The notes: generated from the letters alone by a model not told the origin. Shown: positions 17,943-29,066, counted from the stretch's first letter. The stretch: DNA of 64,000 nucleotides from Rhizomicrobium sp. (GCA_035549455.1 DASZQW010000032.1:46960-110959), one strand, 5' to 3'. A program made the numbers and translations.

Positions 17943-19973
17943 TCACCCGCCAAACAAGCCGTTCAATATGCGCTGGAAAGCATCGGGCTTGGCCGCCGCT
18001 GCGCCTTCCGCCACCGCCGCATTTTGCGGTGTCAGGTCCGCGGGCGGCGGCTCGGCATTGGCGACCAGGGTCGCGCCCGCCAGCGGCCGCACCGGCAGGC
18101 CTTTTTCGGCTTCGGTCATGAAATCGTGGAAGATGCGCGCCGGAAGGCCGCCGCCGGTCGCCTTGATCATGGGGCGGTTGTCGTCATTGCCGATCCACAC
18201 GCCGCACACCAGGTCGGCGGTGAAGCCGACGAACCACGCGTCATGGTAATCCTGGGTGGTGCCGGTCTTGCCGGCGGCGGGCCGGGCCTCGAGCCGCGCC
18301 GCCTTGCCGGTGCCGGTGGCGACCGTCTCGCTCATCAGCCGGGTCATCTGGATATTGTCATTGGCGCTCATCACCGCATCGCCGCTGCCGGGCTTGCGCT
18401 GGTAGAGAATTTTTCCCGCCCGCGTCCTGATGCGCACAATGCCGAAGGGCCGCACCTGGATGCCGCCATTGGCGAAGGGCGCATAGGCCCCGGTCAGTTC
18501 CAGCGGCGTCACGCCGCTGGTGCCCAGCGCCAGGGACGACACTTCCACCAGCGGCGAGGCAATGCCCAGCCGCCGCGCGGTGTTGGCGACTTCGCGCGGG
18601 CCGACCTCGGCGGTCAGCTGCGCCGCCACCGAGTTCGAGGATTCGGCAAAGGCCTGGATCAGGGGAATCGCGCCCTGGAAATGGCCCTCGAAATCCTGCG
18701 GCTTCCAGCCATGAATATCGACCGGCCCGTCATTGACGATATCGTCGGGCGTGTGGCCATGCTCGAGCGCGGTCAGATAAACGAAGGGCTTGAAGGCCGA
18801 GCCGGGCTGGCGCTGCGCGTCGGCGGCGCGGTTGAAGCTGGATGCCGCATAGGCGCGCCCCCCCACCATGGCGCGGATGGCGCCATCCGGGGTCATGGCG
18901 ACCAGCGCCGCCTGGCCGGCATGCAACCTGTCGCCGTCGATGGCGAGGCCCTGCGCCACCGCATGTTCGGCCAGCGCCTGGGTGCCCAGGTCGAAGCTGG
19001 TCTCGACGATGATGGGATCGGCCGACGGCCCCAGCGTTTCATTCAGCCTGGCCACCACCCAGTCGGCAAACCAGCCCGAGCCGGGCGTGCCGTTGGCGCG
19101 CTGGATGCGGGGCCGGGTGGCGGCGGCCATGGCGCGGCTATCCTCGTCGATGATGCCGGCATCGCGCATCGCGCGCAGCACGATTTGGGCGCGGGCGATG
19201 CTGGCATCGATGTCGGCCAGTGGGTTCAGCTTGGCGGGCGCCTTGACGCTGCCCGCGATCATCGCCGCTTCGGTCAGCCCCAGTTCGCTGGCATGCTTGC
19301 CGAAGAATTTCTGCGCGGCGGCCTCGATGCCATAGACGCCCGCGCCGAAATAGACCCGGTTGAGATACAGGGTCAGGATCTGGTTCTTGGAGTAGCGCGA
19401 CTCCAGATACAGCGCCAGCATGGCTTCCTGGATCTTGCGGTCGAAAGTGCGGCTGGGCGACAGGAACAGGTTTTTCGCCAATTGCTGGGTGATGGTCGAT
19501 CCGCCCTGCACCACATGGCCGGCCGTCATGTTCTGGATCGCCGCGCGGCCCAGCCCGATGGGATCGATGCCCAAATGATGCCGGAAGCGCCGGTCCTCGA
19601 TGGCGATGAAGGCGCCGGGGACATAGTCGGGCAGGTCTTCGGCCCGCACCATGGTGCCCTGGGTCAGGCCGCGCCGCGCGATCTGTCGGCCGTGATCGTC
19701 CAGAATGGTGATGTCCTGCGACGGGCCGCTGACCATCAGATGGCTGACATCGGGCAGGCCGGACAGGAAGCGCGAGACGAACAGTCCGCCCAGGATCAGG
19801 CCCCAGGCCGCCAGCATCACCAGCACATAGGGCCAGGTGGCGCGGCGGCGCGCCGGGCGGGGGGCGTCCTGCTCAGGGGCTGGGCGCGAGTTGGGGTTGG
19901 GGCTGCGCTTGCGCGGCCCGCCGGGCGCAGGCGCGGATTTCGGACGGACGATTTTGGGCGGCGGCCTTGCCAT
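17943..19973 (-). CDS. Class A penicillin-binding protein (PBP1A family)
   Basis: GT51 motifs ([27 protein letters not shown]) and transpeptidase motifs (GSAFK, SSN, AGKTGT). Confidence 0.93.
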   Translation of the reverse strand: MARPPPKIVRPKSAPAPGGPRKRSPNPNSRPAPEQDAPRPARRRATWPYVLVMLAAWGLILGGLFVSRFLSGLPDVSHLMVSGPSQDITILDDHGRQIARRGLTQGTMVRAEDLPDYVPGAFIAIEDRRFRHHLGIDPIGLGRAAIQNMTAGHVVQGGSTITQQLAKNLFLSPSRTFDRKIQEAMLALYLESRYSKNQILTLYLNRVYFGAGVYGIEAAAQKFFGKHASELGLTEAAMIAGSVKAPAKLNPLADIDASIARAQIVLRAMRDAGIIDEDSRAMAAATRPRIQRANGTPGSGWFADWVVARLNETLGPSADPIIVETSFDLGTQALAEHAVAQGLAIDGDRLHAGQAALVAMTPDGAIRAMVGGRAYAASSFNRAADAQRQPGSAFKPFVYLTALEHGHTPDDIVNDGPVDIHGWKPQDFEGHFQGAIPLIQAFAESSNSVAAQLTAEVGPREVANTARRLGIASPLVEVSSLALGTSGVTPLELTGAYAPFANGGIQVRPFGIVRIRTRAGKILYQRKPGSGDAVMSANDNIQMTRLMSETVATGTGKAARLEARPAAGKTGTTQDYHDAWFVGFTADLVCGVWIGNDDNRPMIKATGGGLPARIFHDFMTEAEKGLPVRPLAGATLVANAEPPPADLTPQNAAVAEGAAAAKPDAFQRILNGLFGG

Positions 19974-20022
19974 CCGCCAGTCTTAGAAGCGCAAGCGTTA
20001 ACGGCTGTTAAACATTGATTTC

Positions 20023-20118
20023 AACCTCTTTCGGTTTCCACTTTCGCCTGGCTCCCTGCGGTCGCCTTCGCCCGTTGAAACCACCTCCTTGCCATGCTTC
20101 GCATGAAGGGGGAGGCGC
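20023..20118. repeat. Bipartite palindromic element (family A)
   Basis: Reverse complement aligns with 13653-13759 (GGAGGTGGTTTCAAC..GCGAAGGCGACC..GGGAGCC..GCGAAAGT.GAAACCG). Confidence 0.8.
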
Positions 20119-20145
20119 ACGGGCATGGTGATGAACAGTGTTCGT

Positions 20146-20769
20146 TCAGGCGCTGAGGCGGTAGCCGCCGCCTTCGGTCAGCAGGATTTGCGCCTTGGCG
20201 GGATCCTGCTCGATCTTCTTGCGCAGGCGGTAGATGTGGGTTTCCAGCGTGTGGGTGGCGACCGCCGGGCCATAGCCCCATACCTCGTGCAGCAGGATAT
20301 CGCGCGGCACGGTTCCGGCATTGGCATGCAGGAACTTCAGGATGTTGGTTTCCTTTTCCGTCAGCCGAACCTTGCGGGCGCCTTCCTGCAGCAGCTTGGC
20401 GCTGGGATGGAAGGTATAGGGCCCGATCCTGACGGCGCTGTCGCCATTGGCGGCATGATGGTTGGAAAGCGCGTGCAGCTTGCCCAGCAGCGCGGAAAAG
20501 CGGAACGGCCTGGCCAGGCTTTCCTGACCGCTGGCTTCGCCCTCGGTCAACAGCACCATCGGCGCGATCAGCCCGGCGGCGCGCATGGCGGCGGCTGCGT
20601 CCTCGCCCAGCCCGATGATGGCGAAGAAAAAGGGGCCATTGCGCACGGCCAGGGCGGCCTCCTCGGCGGTGCGGGCAGCGATGACGTCATAGCCTTCCTG
20701 CTCAAGCTGTTCGGCGAGGCTGGCGCGCAGAACATTATCGGCTTCGGCCAACAGGATTCGATTGGGCAT
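20146..20769 (-). CDS. CenR-like OmpR-family response regulator with a degenerate receiver domain
   Basis: The wHTH 'IGPYTFHPSAK...RLTEKE..IL.FL...VWGY...V.THTLETHIYRLR.KIE.DP' matches CenR as I recall it; synteny with LDT-yggS-leuS. The receiver lacks the acidic residues. Confidence 0.8.
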   Translation of the reverse strand: MPNRILLAEADNVLRASLAEQLEQEGYDVIAARTAEEAALAVRNGPFFFAIIGLGEDAAAAMRAAGLIAPMVLLTEGEASGQESLARPFRFSALLGKLHALSNHHAANGDSAVRIGPYTFHPSAKLLQEGARKVRLTEKETNILKFLHANAGTVPRDILLHEVWGYGPAVATHTLETHIYRLRKKIEQDPAKAQILLTEGGGYRLSA

Positions 20770-20819
20770 GGCGGTTACAGACGGTTTGGGGTGGCGAAGA
20801 CTAGCGCGCCGGGACGCGA

Positions 20820-20904
20820 TGCGGCAAATCTTGCCGCTCGATGACGTCCCGCACCCGATGAAATCCCAGCAATGCCGCCGAAAATAGCTGGCGTGGCACT
20901 TGCT
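20820..20904 (+). promoter_or_regulatory. ftr-like dyad plus sigma54 -24/-12 promoter
   Basis: GCGGCAA-ATC-TTGCCGC (20821-20837) and TGGCGT-GGCAC-TTGCT (20889-20904). Confidence 0.65.
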
Positions 20905-20916
20905 TTGGGTAAAGGA

Positions 20917-21501
20917 ATGTTTGCATTCGACCCCTCGCAGAAGATGATGGGCCATATCCAGGTGGCCGGGAGCGGAGCCGCGGCGGTCCAGACCGCCGAT
21001 TCCGGCGGCGAAGACTTCTTTCACCGTCTGCTGGATGTGGTCAATCCGCTGCAGCATCTGCCGGTGGTCAGCACCATCTATCGCGCCATGACCGGCGAGC
21101 ATATCGGCCCGCTGGAAAAGCTGGCGGGTGACGCGCTGTATGGCGGCTTGTGGGGTGCGGTGTCGTCCGCCGCCGATCTCGCCTTTGAAGCCGCCACAGG
21201 CAAGAGCGCCGAAGACACGGTGCTGGGCTGGTTCCACCACGACGCTTCCGTGGGCGTCGCCGATGTCAAAGTGTCGGCGCCGCACATGGCGGTCAACGCG
21301 CCGCTGCCGTCCGCCGACATGCCGGCGCTGCCGATGGACACCGGCGGCCAGTTGCCCGACAGCCTGCAGATGGCGGCACTGACCAGCGCGCTGGCGGCCA
21401 AGGGCGTGGACACGGACACCGCCGGCCGCGCGCTCTACGCCTATCGCCGTTCGATGGATCTCAGCGCGCCGCGCATTCCCATCGTCGCCAGCCTCAACTG
21501 A
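20917..21501 (+). CDS. Conserved hypothetical protein (DxxNPLQHLPVVSTIYRxxTG family)
   Basis: AAGGA RBS before ATG 20917. The motif LLDVVNPLQHLPVVSTIYRAMTGE...GDALYGGLWG is one I recall from uncharacterised alphaproteobacterial proteins. Confidence 0.7.
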   Translation: MFAFDPSQKMMGHIQVAGSGAAAVQTADSGGEDFFHRLLDVVNPLQHLPVVSTIYRAMTGEHIGPLEKLAGDALYGGLWGAVSSAADLAFEAATGKSAEDTVLGWFHHDASVGVADVKVSAPHMAVNAPLPSADMPALPMDTGGQLPDSLQMAALTSALAAKGVDTDTAGRALYAYRRSMDLSAPRIPIVASLN

Positions 21502-21516
21502 GGCTATAAGTTCGCC

Positions 21517-22020
21517 ATGAACCTGATCGTCAAAGCGGACGCCGAAGGCGGCTGGCTGGACTGGGGCGCGGGCAAGCGCCGCGCCGCCATCGGTTCCGGC
21601 GGCATCGCGGTCAAGGGCGGCGAGGGCGACGGCATCACCCCGCGCGGCGCATGGCCGGTGCGCGAGGTCTTTTACCGCGCCGACCGCATGGCGCCGCCGC
21701 AGACGGCGCTGCCTCTGCGCGCCATCGAAAAGGATGATGGCTGGTGCGATGCGCCCGGCGATCCCCACTACAACCGGCTGGTCAAGCTGCCCTATCCCGC
21801 CAGCGCCGAGACGCTGTGGCGCGAGGATCATCTCTACGATCTGGTGCTGGTGCTGGGCTACAATGACGATCCAGTGGTGCCGGGCGAGGGCAGCGCCATC
21901 TTCCTGCATTTGGCGCGCCCCGATTATTCCGCCACCCATGGCTGTGTCGCGCTGGCGCAGGACGACGCGCTGGCGGCGCTGGCCCAGTTGCAGCCGGGCG
22001 ATCAGGTCGTAGTGGCGTAA
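21517..22020 (+). CDS. L,D-transpeptidase (YkuD-like) family protein
   Basis: K.EGDG.TP.G, WCDAP.DP.YN and GSAIFLH...Y.ATHGC motifs. Confidence 0.88.
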   Translation: MNLIVKADAEGGWLDWGAGKRRAAIGSGGIAVKGGEGDGITPRGAWPVREVFYRADRMAPPQTALPLRAIEKDDGWCDAPGDPHYNRLVKLPYPASAETLWREDHLYDLVLVLGYNDDPVVPGEGSAIFLHLARPDYSATHGCVALAQDDALAALAQLQPGDQVVVA

Positions 22021-22676
22021 GCGCGATCACCGAAGATCGCGGTACCAACCCGCACATGGGTCGCCCCGAACTTCACCGCCAGCTCGAAGTCGCCGCTCAT
22101 CCCCATGCTGAGATTGTCCAGCCCGTGATCGCGTGCCAGCTTGGCCAGCAGCGCGAAGTGCGGCGCGGCATCGTCATCGGCGGGCGGGATGCACATCAGT
22201 CCGGTCAGCGGCAGTTCCAGCTTGCGGGCATGGGCAATCAGCTCACCGGTCTCGCGCGGCGTCACACCCGCCTTTTGCGGCTCCTCGCCGGTATTGACCT
22301 GGATGAACAGGCGCGGGCACGTGCTCCCTTTGTCGCGCTCCGCCGCCAGGGCGTCGGCCAGCCTGGTGCGGTCCAGGGTCTGGATGCAATCGAACAGCGC
22401 CGCCGCGTCCTTGACCTTGTTGGTCTGGAGCGGCCCGATCAGATGCAGCTCCAGGTCAGGAAATTCCGCTTTCAGTTGCGGAAACTTGGCCTCGGCCTCC
22501 TGCACCCGGTTCTCGCCGAACAGGCGTTGTCCCGCCGCCAGCGCCTCGCGCACGCCTGCTTCGGCCACCGTCTTGGAGACGGCAACAAGATGCGTGGCGG
22601 CGGCGGGCCTGATCGCGGCCTTTCGCGCCGCGGCGATGCGCGCCAATATGCTGGCCAGATTGTCCGGGATGCTCAT
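22002..22676 (-). CDS. yggS: PLP homeostasis protein YggS
   Basis: LVAVSKT, FGENRVQEA..K, HLIGPLQTNK, GLMCIPP, LSMGMS.DFE.A and ATHVRVGTAIFG motifs. Confidence 0.95.
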   Translation of the reverse strand: MSIPDNLASILARIAAARKAAIRPAAATHLVAVSKTVAEAGVREALAAGQRLFGENRVQEAEAKFPQLKAEFPDLELHLIGPLQTNKVKDAAALFDCIQTLDRTRLADALAAERDKGSTCPRLFIQVNTGEEPQKAGVTPRETGELIAHARKLELPLTGLMCIPPADDDAAPHFALLAKLARDHGLDNLSMGMSGDFELAVKFGATHVRVGTAIFGDRAYATTT

Positions 22677-23226
22677 GGCCGCGAACCTAGTCCAGCACCA
22701 GCGCCGCCTCAACCGCGACATGCCGCTGGTGCTGATGACCGACGAGCGCAACGCAGACTGGGCGGCGGCGGCGGCGCGGCTGCCGCGCGGCAGCGTGGTG
22801 GTGGTGCGCGCCCGCGAAGCCACAAAGCGTGCGGCGCTGGCGCAGAGCCTGGCCGGATTCAGCCTGCTGATCGCCGGTGATCCTGCGCTGGCGGCTGATA
22901 CGGGCGCCGCGGGCCTGCATCTGCCGGAAGCGCGGATGCGCGAGGCGGCGCACTGGCGCGCCCGCTTTCCGCACTGGATCATCACGTCTTCGGCCCATTC
23001 GCTGCGCGCCCTGATGCAGGCCCATCCTCTCGACGCCGTCTTCCTGTCGCCGGTCTTCGCCACCACAAGCCATGCGGGCGCAGCTGCGCTGACGCCTGTG
23101 CGTGCCGCCTTCATCGCGGCGGCGGCGCCGGTACCCGTCTATGCGCTGGGGGGGGTCACGGGGCGCAACGCCGCATTGCTGGCACCCGCTTTCAGCGGCA
23201 TCGCCGCCATCTCGTCACTGGTCTGA
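22675..23226 (+). CDS. Thiamine-phosphate-synthase-like (ThiE/TenI) protein; start uncertain (22675 or 22720)
   Basis: AGLHLPE, TSSAHS, AVFLSPVF.T.SH and PVYALGGV motifs. Confidence 0.78.
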   Translation: MAANLVQHQRRLNRDMPLVLMTDERNADWAAAAARLPRGSVVVVRAREATKRAALAQSLAGFSLLIAGDPALAADTGAAGLHLPEARMREAAHWRARFPHWIITSSAHSLRALMQAHPLDAVFLSPVFATTSHAGAAALTPVRAAFIAAAAPVPVYALGGVTGRNAALLAPAFSGIAAISSLV

Positions 23227-24366
23227 CGTGGCCAGATGCAGATGCAGGAACACCGCATCCAGTTTCAGCCGCGGCAGGCCGTTGAAGAACGCACCACTGC
23301 TGCGGCTGTAATCCAGTCTCTGCCAGCCGGTGGTGACGCGCATACCGGCTGAAACGGTATAGCCCAGCGACGCCTCCCAGCCGGTCATTCCCAGCCGCGG
23401 CAGTGCCGCCACCGCATCGGCCGTGCCGGTGCCGTATTCCACGCCCGCGCGCCATGCGCCGTCGCTGACCATGGCCGAGACATGGCCGGTGCGGGTGGTG
23501 CCTGCTTGCCAGCTTTGGTTGATGTCAAAGCCGTAAGCATTGCTTTGCCGCAAGGCGCCGCCCGCCGACACGGTGATGTCGTCGGTGACCGGCCAGTCGG
23601 CGCGAAGGCCGGCGCCCAGGTCGCTGACGCCTTCCTGGCCCGGCAGCTTGTGCTCGGCGCGGCCCTCGGCCACCGCGCCATAGGCGGACAGCGACACCGG
23701 CCCCGCTTCGACTTCGTATTTCACCGCCGCTTCCCAGAAATCCGCCTGCCGCCCCGGCACCCGTGGCCCGGCATTCAGGAACGGCAGCTGCTTGCCTTCG
23801 CTGGGCGCGAAGGACAGGGCCAGGGTCGCGCCGAACAGGGTCGGGCTGACATAGGCGAATTTGGCATAGTTGCTGGATGCGCCCACTGCGCTGCGCAGCG
23901 CCAGCAGATTGGTCACGGCCCGGCCCGCCGGATCGGCAAAGAAGCCGGTGCGCGCATCGTCCAGCGCCACGCCGGGTTCGACCTTGGGCCCGGTGACCGC
24001 CAGCTGATAGCCGGCGCCATCGGTCAGGCCAACCTCGAACCGGCCCAGGCCGGTTCGGGCGGAAGCCGCCAGATATTCCAGCGCGTCGCCGTCATAGCGT
24101 CCGCGCGACAAAGGATCGGCGGCGACAATCCGGCTGCCCAGCGACAAGGACAGGCCGCTGTCATAGTCGCGGCGCAGCAGGGGAGAGACAGCCAGCAACC
24201 CGCTGGCGCGTCCCGCGCCGGACACCGCGCCTTCCGCCACGCCCGCCAGCCGCAGTTCGGCATTGCCGACCGGCCAGATCGGCTGCGGCACCGTCTGGGC
24301 CAGTGCGGCCTGTGCCGCCGGGAGCGTCGCCAGGGCCGCCAGCCAGAAGGGATTACCGAGCCGCAA
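23215..24366 (-). CDS. Outer-membrane porin
   Basis: Signal peptide, K..YVSP.LFG..L..S.AP motif and alternating beta-strand pattern; typical position upstream of DUF3576-leuS. TTG start inferred. Confidence 0.7.
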   Translation of the reverse strand: MRLGNPFWLAALATLPAAQAALAQTVPQPIWPVGNAELRLAGVAEGAVSGAGRASGLLAVSPLLRRDYDSGLSLSLGSRIVAADPLSRGRYDGDALEYLAASARTGLGRFEVGLTDGAGYQLAVTGPKVEPGVALDDARTGFFADPAGRAVTNLLALRSAVGASSNYAKFAYVSPTLFGATLALSFAPSEGKQLPFLNAGPRVPGRQADFWEAAVKYEVEAGPVSLSAYGAVAEGRAEHKLPGQEGVSDLGAGLRADWPVTDDITVSAGGALRQSNAYGFDINQSWQAGTTRTGHVSAMVSDGAWRAGVEYGTGTADAVAALPRLGMTGWEASLGYTVSAGMRVTTGWQRLDYSRSSGAFFNGLPRLKLDAVFLHLHLATSDQ

Positions 24367-24505
24367 TGGGAAAGCCTCTAAGCCATTACAGAATAAGCCA
24401 AACTTGCGCTCCCGCCGCAAGCCGCACGCCGTTGCGCCGGTCACGCCCCCCCGCTATAAGCCCTTGGACGCGCTGGTATGCGCGCAATCAAGGAAATGAC
24501 GCCCC

Positions 24506-24955
24506 ATGCGAGTTCTGCCCGCCTTGTTGTGTGCGCTGGTTTTGGCCGGCTGCGGCTCCTCCAATGACGGCACCCGCGAGATGGACACCGGCACCTCGGC
24601 CATCGCCTCGGGCTCAACCCGCATCACGCTGGGGGTCAATTCCTATCTCTGGCACGCCTCGCTGGACACGCTGTCCTTCCTGCCGCTGGTTTCGGCCGAT
24701 CCCTTCGGCGGCGTCATCATCTCGGAATGGTATGTCGCGCCCGCTGCCCCGGACGAGCGGCTGAAAGTCACCGTTTACATCATGGATCGCACCCTGCGTG
24801 CCGATGCGCTGAAGGTGGTGGTGTTCCGCCAGTTGCGCCAGGGCGGCGGCTGGGCCGATGCCGCGCCCAGCCCTGACACGGCGCACAAGCTGGAAGATTC
24901 CATCCTGACCCGCGCCCGCGAACTGCGTCTGGCCAGCATCGGCAACGGCGGCTGA
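24506..24955 (+). CDS. DUF3576 lipoprotein
   Basis: Lipobox LAGC; [30 protein letters not shown] and IL.RARELR motifs. Confidence 0.88.
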   Translation: MRVLPALLCALVLAGCGSSNDGTREMDTGTSAIASGSTRITLGVNSYLWHASLDTLSFLPLVSADPFGGVIISEWYVAPAAPDERLKVTVYIMDRTLRADALKVVVFRQLRQGGGWADAAPSPDTAHKLEDSILTRARELRLASIGNGG

Positions 24956-24966
24956 GGGCGCGCGCA

Positions 24967-27537
24967 ATGGCGCGGTACAACGCCAAGGAATCCGAAAAAT
25001 ACTGGCAGCAGGAATGGGACAAGCGCGCGCTGTTCGTCACGCCGGCGCTCGACTCGCCCCATCTGGCCGACAAGCCCAAGGCCTATGTGCTGGAGATGTT
25101 TCCCTATCCGTCGGGACGCATCCATATGGGCCATACCCGCAACTATACCATGGGCGATGTGATCGCCCGCTTCCGCCGCGCCCAGGGCTTTAACGTCCTG
25201 CATCCGATGGGCTGGGACGCCTTCGGCCTGCCGGCGGAAAATGCGGCGCGCGACAAGGGCGTTTCCCCGCGCGACTGGACCTATGAGAATATCGCGGCGA
25301 TGCGCGAGCAGCTCAAGATGATGGGGCTGTCAATCGATTGGAGCCGCGAGTTCGCCACCTGCGATCCGGAATATTATGTCCAGCAGCAGAAGCTGTTTTT
25401 GAAATTCTATGAAGCGGGCTTCGTCTATCGCAGCGAAGCCGATGTGAACTGGGACCCGGTCGACATGACCGTGCTGGCCAACGAACAGGTGATCGACGGA
25501 CGCGGCTGGCGCTCCGGTGCGCTGGTCGAGCGGCGCAAGCTGAGCCAGTGGTTCTTCAGGATCACCGCCTTTGCCGACGAGTTGCTGGCGGGGCTGGACA
25601 CCCTCGACCGCTGGCCGGAAAAAGTCCGGCTGATGCAGAAGAACTGGATCGGCAAGAGCGAGGGCCTGCGCTTCCAGTTTGATCTTTCAAATAATAGCAA
25701 GCTGGACGTCTTCACCACCCGCCCCGATACGCTGTTCGGCGCCGGCTTCGTGGCCCTGTCGCCCGATCACCCGTTGACCGAAAAGCTGGCGCTGAACAAT
25801 CCGAAATTGCAGGCCTTCATCGCCGAATGCCGCCAGACCGGCACGGCGGAAGCCGAAATCGAAAAGGCCGAAAAGCTGGGCTTCGACACTGGCCTGACCG
25901 CGGCGCATCCCTTTGACGAGAACTGGAAGCTGCCGGTGATGGTGGCCAACTTCGTGCTAATGGGCTATGGCACCGGCGCCATCTTCGGCTGCCCGGCGCA
26001 TGACCAGCGCGACCTGGATTTCGCCCGCAAATACGGCCTGACCGTGACCCCGGTGGTGATGCCGCCGGATGCGGATCCGAAAACCTTCAGCGTCGGCACC
26101 GAGGCCTATACCGGCCCCGGCCTGCTGGCCAATTCGCGCTTTCTGGACGGCATGACGGTGGATGCCGCCAAGGCCGAGGTCGCGGCGCGGCTGGAAAAGG
26201 CGGGCATCGGCGAGCGCACGGTGAATTACCGGCTGCGCGACTGGCTGGTGTCGCGCCAGCGGCCCTGGGGCTGCCCCATCCCCATGATCCATTGCCCGAC
26301 CTGCGGCGTCGTGCCGGTGCCGGAACAGGCGCTGCCGGTGCTGCTGCCGGAAAAAATCAATTTCAACGTCAAGGGCAATCCGCTCGACGCCGACCTGGCC
26401 TGGAAGACCGCGGTGTGTCCGTCCTGCGGCGAAGCGGCGGTGCGCGACACCGACACGCTGGATACTTTCGCGGACTCCTCCTGGTACTTCGCGCGCTTCA
26501 CCAATCCCCATGCCAGCGAGCCGGTGGACAAGGCGGCGGCGGATTACTGGCTGCCGGTCGACCAGTATATCGGCGGCATCGAACACGCCATTCTGCATCT
26601 GCTCTATGCGCGCTATTTCACCCGCGCCATGTGCAAGCTGGGCCTGGTCAGCGTCGCCGAACCTTTCGCCGGCCTGTTCACCCAGGGCATGGTCTGCCAC
26701 GAGACCTACAAGGACTCCGGCGGCAACTGGGTGACGCCGGACGAAATCGAAAAGCGCGACGGCAAGGCGTTCTTGCTTGGCACCGATACGCAGGTCGCCA
26801 TCGGGCCTTCCGAGAAAATGTCCAAGTCGAAAAAGAACGTGATTGCGCCCGAAACCATCATCGCGGAATACGGCGCCGACACGATTCGTTGGTTTATGCT
26901 TTCCGATACTCCGCCCGAACGCGACATCGAATGGACCGATACCGGCGCCGAAGGCTGCTGGCGCTTTGTCAACCGCATCTATCGCCTTTGCACCGAAAGC
27001 GAAGGCCTGGCTGCGCCCGGTACGGCGGTGACGGCGGCGGACGAAGCATCCAAGGCGCTGCGCCAGGCGGCTCACAAGGCCATTGCGGCGGTGACCGAGC
27101 ATCTGGAACATCTGCGCTTCAACAGCGCCGTGGCGCAACTCTACACTTTGTCCAATGCGGTCGCTGGCGCGATCGGGGGCGCCAACGCCATCGACGGCGC
27201 AGTGTTGCGCGAGGCGCTGGAGGCCATCGTCCTGCTGTCCGCCCCGATGATGCCGCATCTGGCCGAGGAATGCTGGAAGGCGCTGGGCCATACAAAGCTG
27301 GTGGCCGAGACGTCCTGGCCCAGGCATGATCCGGCGCTGACGGCCTCGAATTTGGTTACCTATCCGGTTCAGGTGAACGGAAAGCTGCGGGTTTCTTTCC
27401 AGATCGAGCGCGACACCGATCAAAAAACCGTCGAGGCGAAGGCGCTGAGTTTTGAAGAAGTGCAGCGCGCCCTCGATGGAAAAGCGCCGAAGAAGGTGAT
27501 AGTGGTTCTCAACAGGATCGTGAACGTGGTGGTATGA
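24967..27537 (+). CDS. leuS: Leucine--tRNA ligase
   Basis: [31 protein letters not shown]1 editing domain, YIGGIEHA and KMSKS motifs. Confidence 0.98.
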   Translation: MARYNAKESEKYWQQEWDKRALFVTPALDSPHLADKPKAYVLEMFPYPSGRIHMGHTRNYTMGDVIARFRRAQGFNVLHPMGWDAFGLPAENAARDKGVSPRDWTYENIAAMREQLKMMGLSIDWSREFATCDPEYYVQQQKLFLKFYEAGFVYRSEADVNWDPVDMTVLANEQVIDGRGWRSGALVERRKLSQWFFRITAFADELLAGLDTLDRWPEKVRLMQKNWIGKSEGLRFQFDLSNNSKLDVFTTRPDTLFGAGFVALSPDHPLTEKLALNNPKLQAFIAECRQTGTAEAEIEKAEKLGFDTGLTAAHPFDENWKLPVMVANFVLMGYGTGAIFGCPAHDQRDLDFARKYGLTVTPVVMPPDADPKTFSVGTEAYTGPGLLANSRFLDGMTVDAAKAEVAARLEKAGIGERTVNYRLRDWLVSRQRPWGCPIPMIHCPTCGVVPVPEQALPVLLPEKINFNVKGNPLDADLAWKTAVCPSCGEAAVRDTDTLDTFADSSWYFARFTNPHASEPVDKAAADYWLPVDQYIGGIEHAILHLLYARYFTRAMCKLGLVSVAEPFAGLFTQGMVCHETYKDSGGNWVTPDEIEKRDGKAFLLGTDTQVAIGPSEKMSKSKKNVIAPETIIAEYGADTIRWFMLSDTPPERDIEWTDTGAEGCWRFVNRIYRLCTESEGLAAPGTAVTAADEASKALRQAAHKAIAAVTEHLEHLRFNSAVAQLYTLSNAVAGAIGGANAIDGAVLREALEAIVLLSAPMMPHLAEECWKALGHTKLVAETSWPRHDPALTASNLVTYPVQVNGKLRVSFQIERDTDQKTVEAKALSFEEVQRALDGKAPKKVIVVLNRIVNVVV

Positions 27538-28013
27538 AAAAGATCGCAATCCTCGCTGCGTGTCTGCTGCTGGCCGGTTGCGGTTTTCATCCCCTATATT
27601 CCAGCGCGCTGGACCCGCAGCTTTCCGCCATCTATGTCGAGCCCATCGCCGAACGCGACGGTTACGAACTGCGCAACAGCCTGATAGACCGGCTGCATTC
27701 CGACGGCGAGAAGGGCGGCAAGCGCTATATCCTCAAGATCATGATGAGCGAATCCAGCCAGGGCATCGCGCTGCAGAACGACGCCACCATCACCCGCTAC
27801 AACACAAGGCTGGGCGCCAGCTATGTGCTGAGCGACACGCGCGGCAATATCCTGACCCAGGGCACGCAAAGCGAATTGTCGGCCTATAACGTGGTGCAAT
27901 CGCCCTATGCCACCTTGTCGGCGGAACAGGACGCCTCCAAGCGCGCTGCCCAGGACATGGCCGAGCGCATCCATCTCGAACTCGGCGCCTGGTTCCGGCG
28001 GCACGCCAAATGA
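27534..28013 (+). CDS. lptE: LPS assembly lipoprotein LptE
   Basis: Lipobox LAGCGF.PLY; lies between leuS and holA. Confidence 0.85.
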   Translation: MKKIAILAACLLLAGCGFHPLYSSALDPQLSAIYVEPIAERDGYELRNSLIDRLHSDGEKGGKRYILKIMMSESSQGIALQNDATITRYNTRLGASYVLSDTRGNILTQGTQSELSAYNVVQSPYATLSAEQDASKRAAQDMAERIHLELGAWFRRHAK

Positions 28014-29050
28014 TCGTCAAGAGCCGCGAAGCCGACAAGTATGTCGTCAGCCCGCCCAAGGGCCTGACGGTGGCGCTGGTCTATGGTCCCGATGCCGGAC
28101 TGGTGCAGGAACGCGCCGAGAAGCTTTTGAAAACGGTGACGCCCGACCTTACCGATCCCTTCAACACCGTCGATCTCAGCGAAGCGGTGCTGCTGGCCGA
28201 CCCGGCGCGGCTGGCTGACGAAGCCGCTGCCATCTCGATGATGGGCGGGCGGCGCAGCGTGCGCGTGCGCGGCGCGGGCAACGACTTGGCGGAACTGTTC
28301 GAGGGATTTCTCGACGATCCTGTTCTTGGCAAAGATGGGGGCGATGCGCTGCTGGTGATCGAGGCGGGCGATCTGGCCAAGACCAGCGCCCTGCGAAAGC
28401 TGTTCGACGGCCACAAGAGGGCAGCGGCCATCCAGTGCTACCCCGATTCGGCGCGTGACCTGGGTGACGTGCTGCGCGGCGCGCTGCGGGCCGAAGGGCT
28501 GTCCATCGCCCCCGACGCGCTGGAAGAGGCGGTGACGCGGCTGGGCAACGACCGCGGCGTCACCCGGCGCGAGATTGAAAAACTGCTGCTCTACATGCAG
28601 GGCAAGAAACAGGTGACGCTGGAAGATGTGCGCGCGGTGATGGGCGACGAAGCGGACATCCGAATTGATAATACCTGCGACGCCGCAGCGGGCGGCGACA
28701 TGGCGAAGCTGGACCGCGAACTGGAACGGCTGTGGATTTCCGACACCCAGCCCGCCCAGGTGATCCGAAATGCGATGGGCCATTTCCAGCGGCTGCTGGA
28801 GGCCAAGGAACGCCTGGCGCGAGGCGAGCCCATGGAGGCTGTGCTGAAGCGCTCTCGCGTGCCGCCTCGCAGCCCGCGTGAGACGGTCTTCAAGGCCCAG
28901 GCCAATCGCTGGAGCAGCGACAGGCTGGGCGAGGCTCTGGACCTGCTGCTGGAAGCCGAAGTCCTGACCCGCACCACCGCCGTCCCCGCCGAAGCGGTGA
29001 CAGGCCGCGCCCTGATGAATATCGCCGCCATGGCCAGGGCGGCGCGCTGA
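28010..29050 (+). CDS. holA: DNA polymerase III delta subunit
   Basis: LVYGPD.GLV.ERA, SMMGGRR and REIEKL.LY motifs; synteny. Confidence 0.9.
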   Translation: MIVKSREADKYVVSPPKGLTVALVYGPDAGLVQERAEKLLKTVTPDLTDPFNTVDLSEAVLLADPARLADEAAAISMMGGRRSVRVRGAGNDLAELFEGFLDDPVLGKDGGDALLVIEAGDLAKTSALRKLFDGHKRAAAIQCYPDSARDLGDVLRGALRAEGLSIAPDALEEAVTRLGNDRGVTRREIEKLLLYMQGKKQVTLEDVRAVMGDEADIRIDNTCDAAAGGDMAKLDRELERLWISDTQPAQVIRNAMGHFQRLLEAKERLARGEPMEAVLKRSRVPPRSPRETVFKAQANRWSSDRLGEALDLLLEAEVLTRTTAVPAEAVTGRALMNIAAMARAAR

Positions 29051-29066
29051 TGCTGCCAATCCTGCC

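Noticed and set aside
19998-20011. CtrA box upstream of the PBP1A gene (similar case at 56318-56331)
   Set aside because: TTAA half-sites are spaced by 6 nt, not 7; not called.
20146-21939. 597-aa ORF as a single protein
   Set aside because: Only the last 207 codons are the response regulator; the rest is antisense to the hypothetical and LDT genes.
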